In this document: positions 1-13,902 of the stretch, one piece after another
Layout of the letters: every line of letters begins with the position of its first letter
How positions within the stretch are numbered: the first letter of the stretch is position 1
NCBI GenBank assembly: GCA_046563655.1
Contig: CM102290.1
Span: 11,594,001 to 11,658,000, forward strand
DNA from: Yuukianura sp. NJ FZ-2021
Taxonomy: Eukaryota
Length of the DNA: 64,000 nucleotides
Direction: 5' to 3'
Notes under the pieces: generated by a model
Seen by the model: only the letters and a program-made list of their open reading frames with translations
Database searches by the model: none
Told to the model about the DNA's origin: nothing
Position numbers and translations under genes: made by a program

Positions 1-974
1 ACCTGTTAAAAAATTCGTATCAGTTACAATATGGAGCCATATTTAAAATAACGAAACAAATTTGAACATAAAGTCACATACCGTCCTCTAATCCCCTTCC
101 AAGGGATGATCTGGCGAATATACCGCCATCACTTTGCCTACCGCAAGCTCCAATATCTACTGTTGTAAATCTGTACTTTGAATCACAAGTTGCAAGCAGC
201 ACAGTACTGAAGAAACCCTTGTAGTTGAAGTGAAGAGATCCGGAATCGTTTGGAGCCTGTATCATCACATGCTTCCCGTCTATCGCTCCAAGGCAATTTG
301 GAAAGTTCCAATCATTTTCAAAATCATCTACGATTTGATTCCACTCCGGCTCGGTTGGACACTGAAAAATGAATAATTTAAAATAAGCTTAGCGCTAAGC
401 TAATTAATCATTCTACATGTCAAGCTTGGATCCAAGCTAAATGATTTTTCTAGGTTAATAAGTTACGTACTTTCAAGTAAACGGGGCTGAGGACATCCCA
501 AATCACTCGTGTAGTCTCCCACAGTATACTGCGAACGGTAGAATCCCCCAAACTAAACCCAGTTGCGATTGATGCGATCGAGTCCCCAGTACTCAAATAC
601 CTAAAAAATTGAAAAGCGCTTTTCTGAAGTTGTGCGATTTGTTATGTACAGTTTGGTAATAAAAAGAGTCCATACCTTAAAGTAACAAACAACCGGATCC
701 TAGCACTAATTGGCTCCCGGTAGTTAGTCGGATACTTTGTAATGTGAGCCTCCGTCAGTAGAAGTAACTTATCAAACTGCGTCGATGTCATCCGTGTATA
801 TTGGAAGAATTTCTCCGGGTATTTAGCATACATCAACTCAATTTTTAAATGTTCGCCCATCGTGGGCCGCAACAAATTGAGGGGATGGACCCAATAACGT
901 CGTGACTGCTTCCGTTGATTTCGACGGCGAAGAATTAAAGTTAACGCAACTTTCTTTTGAATCGAGAGATCCAT
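1..974 (-). CDS. Harbinger transposase (HARBI1-like DDE nuclease), spliced, truncated by window edge
   Basis: Exons 974-676, 600-471, 361-82 and 2-<1 with GT-AG introns join in frame: RRYWVHP...RMTSTQFDKLL...LFVTLRYLSTGDS...WNFPNCLGAIDGKHVMIQAP...FNYKGFFSTVLLATCDSKYRF...GRQSDGGIF. These are typical PIF/Harbinger motifs, including the first catalytic Asp in GAIDGKH. Confidence 0.92.
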
Positions 975-1357
975 TGTTAACTACTTTTAATTGTCAATTG
1001 ATTCAAAAACAGAAAATACAGTTGCTAAATCGTTTTCTGCAGGATTCTAAACTGGAATTCAGTTTCAAAGGAAAGAGAATGGCGCCATTCTATATAGGAA
1101 AGAGAAAAACGATACAGCACACCAAGTGAAACGAAAGTTGGCCGCCGAACGTCGGCGCTACTTTTTCGTTTCAGTTTGGCAGTGTGCTGTGTGCAAAGAA
1201 AAAGTGGAGACGAAAGAAGTTCTGCTCCAAAAGTGGCACCGACGCGCCGTCGTTTGAGTCATGGCAGTGTGCTGTACTGAGATTCTGAAAAGACAAAGTG
1301 GAGCCGACAAATCGTCGTCGCCACTTTTTCGGGCCGAAAGTTTGGTGAGCGGGACGC
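1..1357 (-). mobile_element. PIF/Harbinger DNA transposon, 5' part only (remainder lies left of the window)
   Basis: Encodes a Harbinger-type transposase. The GC-richer segment ends at ...GGTGAGCGGGACGC (about 1357), followed directly by TTA/TAA, the typical Harbinger target site. Repeated subterminal motifs at 1134-1328. The partner TIR is not visible, so the exact end is uncertain by a few bases. Confidence 0.8.
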
Positions 1358-4300
1358 TTAAGTTATACATTATGTTTATGTTATGTGACTTTTACATTAA
1401 AAAAAAAGTCTCATAACATTATTACCGCGTTTCCTCAAAATTGAACGCTTTTACTTCAGCAATGAAATGGAAACAGGAAATCATGCGATTCGTTTCCCAT
1501 TAAAGATTCTACTGTCACTTTCATCCCACACGTACTTATCGACCAGGATTTTCTGAAAACTAATCACAAGTATACTCAAAGTAGGATGTCATGATGTCAA
1601 TCTAAACCTAACATTTCTATTGTTCTTTTTTGCATGCCATTGTATTACGATTTATAAGGTGATATAACAAACAACTGCACAACTACCGTGTGAATTTGGA
1701 TTTAAATCTCTCATACTTTTTTTTTTAATTTTACTGCCATAGTTTTTCTCTTATAAGCCCAGTTTGAATTATGAGGAAGCTTTGGGATCTTGAAATAACT
1801 TTGACATATTAAAATTGAAAGTTTATTTGCACGTCAACTTCCTCCTTGACGAAACATCGTCAATTCAAAGTTAAATTGGTGATTTGGACTAAATAGGCGT
1901 TAATAGTGACGGAATGCACTCATGATTCATGAACTAAACTGAAAACGTCAATTTCCACGTCAGTTAATGCCAGGCCTACCATAACCGAATTCCAAAAATT
2001 GAGAGTTGCCGTGGGTGATTGAGGTCAAATGTCAGCAGAGTTCTTCTGAAAAGAAGTTATTGCATATATTTGTAATAAATTAAACAGAATATGTAGTACA
2101 GGCTGGCTGACTTTTGGCGCCTCACTTGACGCTGCAATAGCTTTTGTTACTGAAGTGACCTTTGACATTTTAAAACGCATACAGTTGAGCATACTACATA
2201 TAAGAATTTGTGCATATTTTAATGTACGCTAAGATATTTTATACTTAGAGGTCATAAGAGCATGATCTACAAATGGCCAAATGACTACGAAATATTGAAA
2301 TTTTGGATTCTGAGGGAGTTAAACTTATGTTAAATGTAGCGTCCTTCACTTTAACAAATTGAGAGTGTGACTTGTCCAATTGTGATTGTAAATGGAGTTC
2401 ATTGTATTTAAGTTGGACATTAAGTGAACATCAAACATTGGTTTACGACTTGTACTGTTTAGCATAATTCAAGTCATCGCTCAAAACTTTTGTTAAACGT
2501 CGCTAAATGCTAAAGTTATGTTAAGAAAGCAAATAAGTTACATTTTTAAGGCAAGTTTTTGAGGAATCTGCGCTGAATCTGGAAAATATTGGTTAGAGAT
2601 GAAACTATCCGTGTTTGATTGGAAATTGGAGCAAGCTCAATCGTTTTTTCGTTGAGTGGAAGTGATGGATTTAGCATTTTTTTTACATGTAAGTTTTGTT
2701 CCTTGGATGATGTTTTATGTGGTTAATTTTAATGAAGTGTGAATTGAGGTGACATTTTATTGATCCATTATTTCCTTATGTACTCAATTCAGCATACCCC
2801 CAGAGGCTTCAATTTATGATGTTCTTTGTTAGACTGCGCATGTGCAATATATGTGACTATGCGAATTTGAATTTCGTATGGATCCAATGGATTTTTCACT
2901 TAATAATGACATCGTCGTGAGACGAATTGATCCATGGAGAATAAGGGAAGAGCTTTACAAAGTTATTCTGAATCCTTGCCTCTTCTCGTTATAGCGCGCG
3001 ATAGAAGCGAGAACTTAGGGTACATTGATTTTGATTTGAAAATGAAAGTGTCATGGCACAGGTTCTTTCATCTTTGAAACATATTTGGTCTTTCAGGTTT
3101 GGTTTTTGTAGCGCTTTAGTAAAGTAATGGTTGGAAGATTTTTATCTCTGTGACAATTATTCTTAATTGATGGTTAGTTATGGTCTGATGCAATGAGGCC
3201 GCAGTTAGTAGCGGCTTAAGATGAATAGAGCTCAAAATGAGCTAAAAGTTACATGATCTCTGACTTGCTGACTCACCCTTTCCAGCTTCTTTCTGGAATT
3301 TTCATGATCTTTCAAATAGTTTGTTTACTTGAAAAGGATCCGGTGATGGGGTGCTGAAATATTTGCTTACACAGAGTCAAGTTAAATGTAAAAAAGTAAA
3401 TGGGCTGTAAATGAAAAATGAATGGATGCGTCTCCATTGTTTTTCTTGTAATCTGTAACTGTATACAATAAGCAGGCTTGTCAAAAATATTTAGTCTGCA
3501 TACCCGTAGTTTTAGTAAAAAAATATTCTGCGGTTTTTGTTATGAAATTTTCACCCAAGTTTGATAAACAAGGCAATACTTTTCTTTAACACGTTAGGCA
3601 ATAACTGGAGTTTTAAGTTTTTTGCGAAAAACTAAAGAAAAACTAACTCGTTATCAAGACGCCTTGTATTTACCAATGCCCGTAACGTTAGTAGAAAATA
3701 TTGTCGGGTTTTGGTTACTAAATATTTATTTTCCCATGCTGGTAACGTTAATATAAATACTTTTTATTTTTTTTTTATTAAATATTTATTTATTTGTCCA
3801 TACAATTAATGGTAAATAAGTATATAGTGTTTTGGTGATTCATGAAAAATATTTTTTTAATCAATGCTTCGATGATGTGTAGTAAATATTTTTGACATCC
3901 CTGATAATAAAGACCGCTTTAACGTAGGGAATTGGAGCTTTGTGTTTGTATTTTTTGTGAAAGTTGAGAAAATGACAGAGATTTGTAGATTTTGAAGCCA
4001 CTTGGGAATGAATGACACTCGATCCTGTTCTGTAGAGATCAGATCAAGTGATGAGAGTGCAAAATCGAGGATTATGTAAGTTGATTCTTGATTAACTTGA
4101 GACAAATGGGTGTGGGGTGGAGGCTGAGGATACGGTGAGTGACATTGAGATGCTGTAGGAGGTCAGGTCACTATCACGTTTGACCATTGTGCTTGTAACA
4201 GTGGCATGACAGAGGATGCAAGGTTGTAATTTGTAATTATTTTGAGCGGTTGTTGTGCTTAGGATATGCTGAAACGTTTTTGATCTTTGGGTGACGCTGA

Positions 4301-7300
4301 TTTTTGATTGGACGAGTTTTGTTGTTGAGTTTGATAATTTTTACATTACGTTACATTTGCTTTTGGCTGATCATGATTTTGGTATTACTCTGTAAACATT
4401 TTTTCACTTTGGACATTTTGAATACGAGAATGTTGAATTTAATGATATCGCACTTCAAAAATTAAACTCTCAAATTCTTTCAAAAAAAAAAATTGTAAAC
4501 CCAGATTTTTTCCTCGAAAACTTTCGGCTTAAAATTTTTTCCCTGAAAATTTAAAAATTTTGCGGTTTGCAGATTTTGACCTTGAAAATTTTGGGTTTGA
4601 AGATTTTGACTTTCAAGTTTTGGACGAATAAGAGCAGTTGCATAGGAACAGACATACAAAATGTTCAAATCGTTACTGAATTTTGAGACTTTTGATCAAG
4701 GACGCAGCTTACAAAATGTTTTCTGTCTGTTTAGACGCGTAACGAAGAACATGCTGAGGGTTTTGTTAGACTTAAGCCATAACCTTAACGTCATGATTAA
4801 AGTGTATTTGAAGATGTAAACAGGGTGACCTTTGAGTAGGGGGTGGCGGAAGCGAGGTCACGAGAGGTTAGTCGTGTGGGTTGGGATCAGAAGGAATTGT
4901 GATTCTGATAATTGCCGCTTGCCCGCCCCTATCTGTGAACTAGAGCGGAAGAGAGATGAGCTTTAGTTAGCATTCAATTTTTGGCGGCCTATTTCCTTTT
5001 TTTCCACTTTTTTTATTTAAGATAGCACCAAGATTTTGTAATTTCGGATGATCTTGTTATATGGGTCAGAGATTTTTATTCCTTTTCTGGTCTTAATTAT
5101 TTGAGTGAGGCTGCAATGCTCTTGCTGGTGGTGTGTAGTCATCCGCCGATGCTTTTTAAAAAAAACATACGATTTACGCGCAGCGATAGACGCTACATGC
5201 ATCTTTAAAGTTTTCTTTTGTGTTCCATGTTTTTTGGCGCCATTTTTGTGAACTATGACATTACTGTTTGTTTTTTTGGGTGGAGCAGGTTGTTAAGGTC
5301 AAAAAATGGAGTTAGCCAAGGAACAAATTGACGATGGGAATGCTATTCTTCCTGCCTTTCAATTTAATTATTGATGTGGTCTACACCCATCAATTTACAC
5401 AATTCAATTATAAGTTTAAACAAAAACTTTGTGGGAGCTGAGAAGGTCAAGGTTACTAACGTGGTTTTTGTTAATTTAAGCCAAGAGTGGGGGAAAGGTA
5501 AAAGTAAAAGTTCAAAATTTGAACTTCAAAGCCTATCCAAAGTCGAACCAAACGGCTGTCAAGTGTCAAGTTTATCACTTTGAAGTTGTCATTTGTCCAG
5601 AAGTGTCCAAGCATAACATGGACACGGCAAATGTCAAATTCAAAGGAAAGCACTTACATTATTGCGGAAATACTTTTCGGTTCAAAGGCTTAACGCAAAC
5701 AAAATTTTTCCAATTGAGAAAAAAGGTCAAACTTTTTATGCTCGGTTGATTTTGCAATTTCGATTTCTTGCAAAAGTGGATTGGTTTTCAACTAAAAAAA
5801 AATCAACAAAAATCTTGAAGTTTGTTTTAACAAAATGCTTGATCGAAGATGTTTTCTTGATTTTTTTTAGATGTAAGAATTTTCGCCATTTTATTTTAGT
5901 TGCAGATTCTAATTAATTAGTGAGAAGCTGTTTTAGAATGTGTGTTTTCGTATGAAGTGAAAGCAGGAAGTGGAATAGGAGCTCAGTTTTCTCTGAGAGT
6001 TCCGGCTATCATCTCTTGTTTCCAATTTCCTGGACGCTGGAAATCGGATCTTGTCTCTGATCTTCCGTAAGACGTGGACATTCATTTTAATGAAGATCGC
6101 AGAGGCGTGGTAAAAGATGTATTGCGGCCTCAAAGATTCGATTAGGTTTCATTTCAGTAATAAATGTACAGTACTTACTACTATATCGTGGCGTATATGT
6201 TCGTAGTAGATGCGATATCTTTGGAAGTGATGCACTTGATAGGAAATGACTTCATTACTGGCCTCAATTTAGGACTCAAAATCCTGCCGGCGCCACAACT
6301 ACTACACAACACTTTTACTTTTTGACTTTTTATGCTGTTCATCCTGGAAAAGACGACGATTCTACTCAAAGTTGTCTTTTTTTCTGGGTGTAATTTTGTG
6401 GCCTCCGAAGCCTAAAATAGCAAATTCAGTTGATGAGGCCTCAAATAAGCTATGTGTCACAGACAACTTCAAAGCGGTTGTATAACTACCAAAGGTCATG
6501 CAGAATTGCTATCCTCAGTAAAAGATTTGTTCGGTACTAAAATTGGTTGCACTAAACACCAACTTTTTTGATTTTTTTTCAACCACTGCCGCAAAGTCTT
6601 ACATTTTTTTTTACATTTCATCAAATTTTTGCATTCTTTTGTCGGTGTAATTTCTTTATTAAAGCTTCACATCGCGTCTAATTTTAGTCAATTTTTACGT
6701 ATCTTGAATTTTTGCATTTTAGAAAAAAATTTCGTTTCAGTAGATTTTGGCGTTTTCATGACTTTTTGCATTTTAGCATCCTTTTTACATTTTAGAACGA
6801 AAAGAAGAAGTTTTTAGGAAGCGTGAAGTGAAAAGTGAGATCTAAAGTAGATTTCAGTGTCGTTGTGACAGGGGATAAATGGACAGGGAAATAGGCACTA
6901 GATTTGAAGTGCAGATATTTGTATTTGCTTGGAGGTGGTTAGACTTCCCGCCTGGTTTAGCTGTAAGTGTCACCCTTGCTATGAAGATGAAATTAGAGGT
7001 GCTAAATCAAAACAGGAATTTGTGATTTTGAGATGCTTGTGACGATGGGAGGTAGAAGAATAACAATGGGAATTGACGTAGGTTTTTGGATTTGAAATTG
7101 GAGCTTAGGGCATGGAAGTGCTTTTGTTTTGATTACTACGGGGACATTTTCAATTTGGTACAGTCAGTCAGAGTTGATTAGTTGACTCAAGTGAGTCAAA
7201 TCACAAGTCATTTGTCACAGATCGTAAATTGTGACACTGAACATAAATTTGAGGGTGGTGGCATGGCGGTTCTGCGGTTCAGAGATTTGGTGTGCTTTAG

Positions 7301-8117
7301 ATGAGAATCATGGAGTATGCGCAGACGATCTTTTGGTGCTCTGAGCACGTTCCTGCCTTGGGCTGTTTATGCTAAATTGTCATTTTGAACAGTCTTGTTT
7401 TGTTAAGTTTTTGGAGAAAGTAAAAATTCAAAAATTGAGTCAATTCCGAGTGGCTCTGGGGTAAATTTCTGTTTTTGAGGACTTTTTGGTGAAATTATGA
7501 TTCAGTTAGGTTAGGGAATGTGTTAGGTTAGGTTTTAGGGAAAGATGAGCTGGAAGGCAACGGAAGAGTGTGATTGAGTTGGTTAATTGTGGTGGTTGAT
7601 GCTGCTGACCTACTTGGTTCAGTTGGTAATGGTATCTGTGTGTAACGTGGTTCCTTGCAACAGAAAAACGATGATTTCCAACCCAAGTTGACTTTTTTGG
7701 GGAAAGGGATGCTTGATGATGATGATGGTGACGGTTGACGGATGGTGGATACTTGAGAGATGACATTGGAGTTGGACTCTGAGTTTGTTAACTGTAAAGG
7801 CACGTTCGAGCTAAAAAAGGTGGAAAACAGTGATATAAAAAGTAGTTTCTGTACTTGATACTTGATCTTTGTCGTCGTGTTCACAAAAAAAGTACAAGTT
7901 GGAAATGAAAGTTTAAAATCAAGTTGATGTTGATGGAGGGGAGAGAATGAGGGCTTAATAGTTTCCTAATTGGGATGATTATATTTTTTGACTGTTTATG
8001 AATGTTATGAATTAAGGAAAAGTTGAAAATTTCGAGTTTTTGATGTTTTTTTAATAAATAACTTTTGGGGATCTTTTTACGTTTTTTGATAGAATTTTTG
8101 TTTGATTTTTCTTACAG

Positions 8118-11100
8118 ATTATACATGGAGCTTACCTAGAGCCACATCATGTAATGAAGAAGCGAAGTATCGACCAACCTCTGAGAATCTTTTTATACTA
8201 TGACGATAGTGTACGCGAGTAAGTTTAAATGTTAAGAAAAAAAAGTTTTAAAAAAAAATGAAGTGAAAGAAAGAAGAAAGCCAAGTTATTTCCAGGACCC
8301 AGAAAGGAAAATTTGAGTGACAATTTTTGGAGAGAAAAAAAGTTTTTTTTTTTTCATTTTGAATTTTTCTGTTTTTCTTTTCACTTTCTATGATGCCAAG
8401 GGCAATTTTGTATATAAAAAAAACTCACTTTTAGTTTTTTTTTCAGTGTTTATTTTCCCCCCAGCGAATTGGGGTTAAGAAATTAGGCACTAAATAGATG
8501 TTTTATAATTTTTTGCTTTGAATTTGCAGCCTTTCCGAAGAACAATGTGATCTCATTCAGGTATTTACAGGCATTATTATAAAAAACAAATTATTAATAT
8601 AACAACTCATAAAATTTGTATTAAAATGATTGTTTTTTTCTTATTTTGAAACTTAATAGAATACTGTCCTTCCAAACGCAGTTGAGTACTGGGAAGAGGC
8701 ATTGATGGTTAGACGAACTGAACGAAAAATTCTTCTCAACAGGTAAACTAAACTTACCTAAATTAAATTCTAAAATTCAAAACTTCAAAAAATTCCAATT
8801 TAGAAGAATTGTTTGACTTGGGTGAATGTGGAATTGAAATTGTTCAACTTGAAATGGTTTCATTTGATTTGTTTTGTAGGAGATGTCCAAATCAGCAAGT
8901 ATTTTACCAAGATCAAAAGACGGATCCACATCCCTACTGTAAACGATATTGCGAGGAGAGGACAATGTGTGGTGAAGTGGTGGTTCCAGAAGATCATTTG
9001 GACGTAAGTTGACACAACTCCTACTTCCAGGTTCCATGTCTTCCGTTTTCACTGGATGGAATGAATTCTGAGAAAATGGGAAAAAGTTATAACTTTGTGG
9101 CTTTTTCATGCGACTCATCCGGGAGAAAGCGATTTGGAAGGAGAAAGTTAGTGCTTGGAAGGCACAGCCCAGAGGCTTTTACTTTCCAACTTTCACAGGA
9201 CGCTTCGCTCTTACTGTATTTTCGTTTGGTTGGGCGGAATTAATTCTAAAGTTTTGACAAACTTAATTTTGCGTTTTCGGCACGAAGGGGGGCTTTTCAA
9301 GTTGTAAACTTTAAGAACTGGAGAAAAGTGTTGCTTGATTGAGTTAGTGCTGCGCAACGACGGGACATGAAGAGAAAGAGCGGCGGAAAATTGCATGCAT
9401 GCTTCCGAAGGTTGTAAAAGGATTCGCACTTGTTTTGGTTTTTAGAAAAAAAAAGGATGAAAAGGCTTCTTGGAAGCTTAAATTTTCAATTACTGTTGAT
9501 AGAAATACGGAGAACGCGACAAACAATGTTGATATGTCAGAGTTTGAAATTATAAAGTGTTTTTGCTGTTTTTTTTTAAAGGGGAGTGGGTATACCAAGG
9601 TTTTATTATGTCGCCTTTTATTAGGTTTCTGTTTTTGAAAAACTTAATTGTAACAAAAGAAGTTGTTTTTGACGGTTTTTTGACGAATCCTAATGAAGTT
9701 TGAAGTTAAACATTTTTTTTTTGCTAAAAGTGAGTTTTTTTTATTTTGATGGTCCAAAAAAACCCAATTCAAGGTTATTTTTTGACTAATTTTGTTTTGG
9801 AAATGAAAATTTTTTTTGAAATAATGAAAGATTTTTTTTTTAATTTTAGGCATGTCGGACTTGTGATGTGAACGGTCGAAATTGTGGAATTTTGCCAGGA
9901 AGCAAGGCGGGAAATGGAATAGGTGATACGGACTTTGTGTTCTATGTCTCTGCCAAACAAACGCAGAGGTGTCAACAGGGCTCTACAGTTGGTAAGATCA
10001 AAAAGTCAAAAGAAAATTTATTTAAAAAAGAAGTTTTTGCACTAACGACAAGAAAGATGTAATTTGTGGATTTTTTGGTATTATGTAGCGTATGCTGCTC
10101 ATTGCCAACAAGAATCCGCTCTGGACCGGTAAGAAATTTTCGATTTTTGCCAAACTGATTAACCGTATTTTCCAGGATTTTTTTTTGTATAATAATTTTG
10201 TGTTTTTGTTCGGCCAAGGCCAATTGCAGGTAAATTATTTGGAAATATTTTTAATGGATTTGGAATGAAGACGCGTGGATGATAATGACAATGGAGAGTG
10301 TGAAATGGATTTGAAGAAAAACGTTTTAAGAAAAAATTGATTCTATGCATTAAGGTCATGCCAATTTATGTCCAAAGAGCATTAGCACGAAACCACAAGA
10401 ACTTGATACTTTGATTTCAACAATCAAGCACGAAATTCTGCATGCTCTTGGTTTTTCCGTCTCCCTCTATGCTTTCTATCGAGATGAAACTGGAGAACCA
10501 CTTACTCCAAGAGATTCCAAAGGAAAGCCACCACTCAATGAACAGTTAAGTCTTTGAAAGCCAAAGTACTAAAAATAGAACCTTGTTTTTCTAAAAATTA
10601 TGAATTTTTAGAATGCAGGCACGTCAGTGGAGCAATGCGACGATCCGAGAAGTGGTGCGAACTGATTGGTTAGTAAATGGAGGGAGGATTACACGGAAAA
10701 TGAACATGATGGTGACGCCGCGTGTAGTGCAAGAAGTTCGGCGCCATTTTGACTGTGATGACTTGGAGGGAGCTGAATTGGAAGATCAGGGGGAAGAGGG
10801 CACGGCGTTAACGCATTGGGAAAAGAGAATCTTTGAGGTTGACCTCTGACCTCTTACAAAATATTTCATGCTTGAGTTGTATTTTGACATGGTGTCTTGG
10901 ATTTTGGTTTTTAGAATGAAGGAATGTCTGGCACCCATACGCAAAACCCTGTCTACTCCAGGATCACGTTGGCTTTAATGGAAGACACTGGGTGGTACAA
11001 AGCGAATTATGAGAAGGCGCAGGAGCTTCAGTGGGGTCATGGGTTAGGGTGCAATTTCGTCCAAAAGTCATGCATGCAGTGGATTCGAAGTGCAGTTGAA

Positions 11101-12364
11101 AGGTTAGTGCATATGGAAGTAAATATATTAATTTCATGAATTATTGTTTAAGGAATGACTTAATTTTTGTGTTTAAACGTATCTTTGGATTTCTAGGGGA
11201 GTTGACCCTACTCCGTACTGTAATCGTATCAAAGCGGAACCACTGGAGACGCAATGTACGAATGACTATAGTTCAGTAGCTCTCTGTAATCTCGTCAAGT
11301 ACCCTGAACCCCTCCCTCAACGATATCAAGTACGTGATGTTTTGCCAACCATGTTGTGAAGTTTTTGAAAATGTTGTTTGATTTTTAAAACGAATTTCAG
11401 AACTTTGATAATACTACATTAACGTTGTCCACGGGCCAAAACACGTCCTATTATGGTACGATTCTTGTTGATTTTGTATTTGTAGCAGAGTATTGGTCGT
11501 GGTTGTGTTAATTTTGGTTTTGTTTCGCAGGCGGTTCAGTTGGTCTAGCTGATTACTGTCCATATGTCCAAGAATTTACGTGGCGTGCCAACAACGTTGT
11601 TATTCGAGGATCTCATTGTTTTTATGAAGAAAACAATCCCGGTAAAACCACATCTCAAAATTTCTTTCATTTGCTTTCATTTTCATGGGCTTTCATTTTG
11701 AATTTGAATTGACAATGGAACTGGGAATTTTATTTTTCTGGTGTTTTGCATTTGATAGAACCGGAGAAGAATTTTGCACTGGAGGAGTATGGTGAGGGCG
11801 CGAGATGTTTTTATCATACGAAAGACTGGGAAGAGCGATCTTGTATTCAGCGCAGACATTGGCAGCATTGGGGTTCCGGGTGCTACCGATATCAATGTGT
11901 GGAAGGATTCCTCCAGATTTTGGTAATTAACTAATTAATTACTTCATGTGAATTTGAAATTACATATTTTGCTGTTTGATATTGTTTTGAAACGCTGATG
12001 GACTTTGGCTTGTGTTGCAGGTAAACAATCGTACGTTTCTGTGTAGCTACACGGGTCAGAAACTTAGAATTCAGTTGGAAGCCAATGGATGGCTTCACAA
12101 CGGTGGGATCAAGTGTCCTGACTGCTCTGACTTTTGTGATGTACGACCACATTCAAGAATTCAAAGTTTTTTATTTGTATTTTGGTACAATTTGTTCAAA
12201 ATTGTGTTTTTAACAATTTCTAGGACTGTAACGGTAATCTTTCAAGTACATTTCTCATGGAGCAGCAACTACCGAAAGACACTTTGACATGCGCTGTTTC
12301 CAGGACCGAAGTAGTAACGCTGCTGCTCTTCATCACAGTCGGTCTGCTTCTTATCAAGAACTGA
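8118..12364 (+). CDS. LMLN: Leishmanolysin-like peptidase / invadolysin (M8 zinc metalloprotease); 5' exon(s) not located
   Basis: About 16 exons splice in frame: [15 protein letters not shown]..., [24 protein letters not shown], zinc motif HEILHALGF (about 10430-10456), [49 protein letters not shown]. Hydrophobic C-terminal tail (GPI-signal-like). Stop TGA at 12362-12364. Confidence 0.93.
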
Positions 12365-13902
12365 AATCCTTCCAATCTTCAATATCAATCATGCCAATCA
12401 TATTTTAAGTTTTTCTTAACTTCTTGGAAGGTCAAACTTCCACAAAACTCAACGTTGTGCATAAGGTGGCTAGGGGAGACTTTGACATGGCTTCACTCTA
12501 AGCTTCATATTCCAAAAGTTGCCAAAATTCCGACAAAGGTGTGTTAGTTTTTCAGAAAACTTTTTTTAGAAAATGCTCGTACAGTTGTCGAGGATGTAAA
12601 CTACGTAAATGGAATACTTTTGTGTGGAAGTATTTCTGGCTCGTGCTGGATCGTACATATTTTTTGGACAGTACACATTTTCAATGTCAGTGATAACACT
12701 TACGTCCGCGAAGTTAGAATTTAATATGCATTTCACACCTCAGGGTTATTTTTTACTAAAAGTGGCAATTCTGTAACGTCAGTCGACGTAAAGTCATAGT
12801 ATTCGCAATTCATTACAATTAATTGTCCAGGGCAGTTAGGTTGTTTAACTAATGGAGATTTATGAGATCTATAAAAGATTTTATTGGTTTCGGTTGTGTG
12901 GCCAATTCCGAGGTCATCGAACGTCGAGAGTAAGCAATTAATTGAAAGGGTATGTTTAATTGAAAGGTTAAAGGTCACTGAAAGTCAGAGTTTGTAACTG
13001 TGATGAAAATGGAAGTTTAACGATGCAAGTTCCAAAGTTTTAAAAACCTTCTTCTTTCTCGCTTTTAATTGTTGGTCTCATTTCTAAATTACTAAAAAAA
13101 ATCTATACTATAGAAAACTGGCGGAATATTTTTATGTACAAAAAATCTTCTCAAACGATTTTCAAAAAAATCTGTTCTCAAAAGATTTTCTTTTTCCAAA
13201 ATACTCTTACGCACAACAGTGAAGACGCTCACTCACTGTAAAAGCAAAATCCAAGGATTACGGAGTAAAGGGGTATTTTACAGTATCATTGGGGCGCTTA
13301 ATTATAGTTTTCGGATATTTAATTACTATTAAAATGTAATTAGTATAATTACCAATTGTATTTAAAATTATTCTTGTAATTACCTTTACGACTTGTTACT
13401 AAGTAATTAGTCGTCACCAAAAAGTCGATTTGTTAAGTCTAGTACTTTAGTACTCTAAAAGTTGTGCTTTGTGCAATGTTAAGCCTAAGGTGTTTGTTTT
13501 ATAGAAACCTTACTAGGTTTTAGTTGTGGTAGTCGGTTACTATTGTTCCTTTGCTTTATATTTAGTTTAATTTTAGTTAATTAAATTTATTTTTTAGTTT
13601 AATTAGATCATCAACTAATCACCCTCGTCCAACGAATTGCTTTACTTTCCAACAGGGGATTCAATAAATTCTAAGCGTCAATTCAATTGTTATAACTTTT
13701 GCAATGCACCATATATTTCCTTCCAGGAAATATCTCGCAAAAAATAGAAATGACAACTGGTATTAAACATTTGAACCGACAAAGTACCCAGCTACTATCT
13801 AGTAAATCTCCCTTAGCGTAGTTAATTTCTAGAATTGGAGGCGTTCTGAACTCAATTCAAAAAAAGTTTTTGAAATTGGTTGAAACAAGAATTGCAGGCA
13901 AT

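Noticed and set aside
4500..4625. About 30-bp imperfect duplication (ORF 4480-4668, QNLQT repeats)
   Set aside because: Low-complexity minisatellite-like DNA; the ORF is a by-product with no splice or family support.
7506..7540. TTAGG repeats resembling the arthropod telomere motif
   Set aside because: Only about five interrupted copies; too short to call an interstitial telomere.
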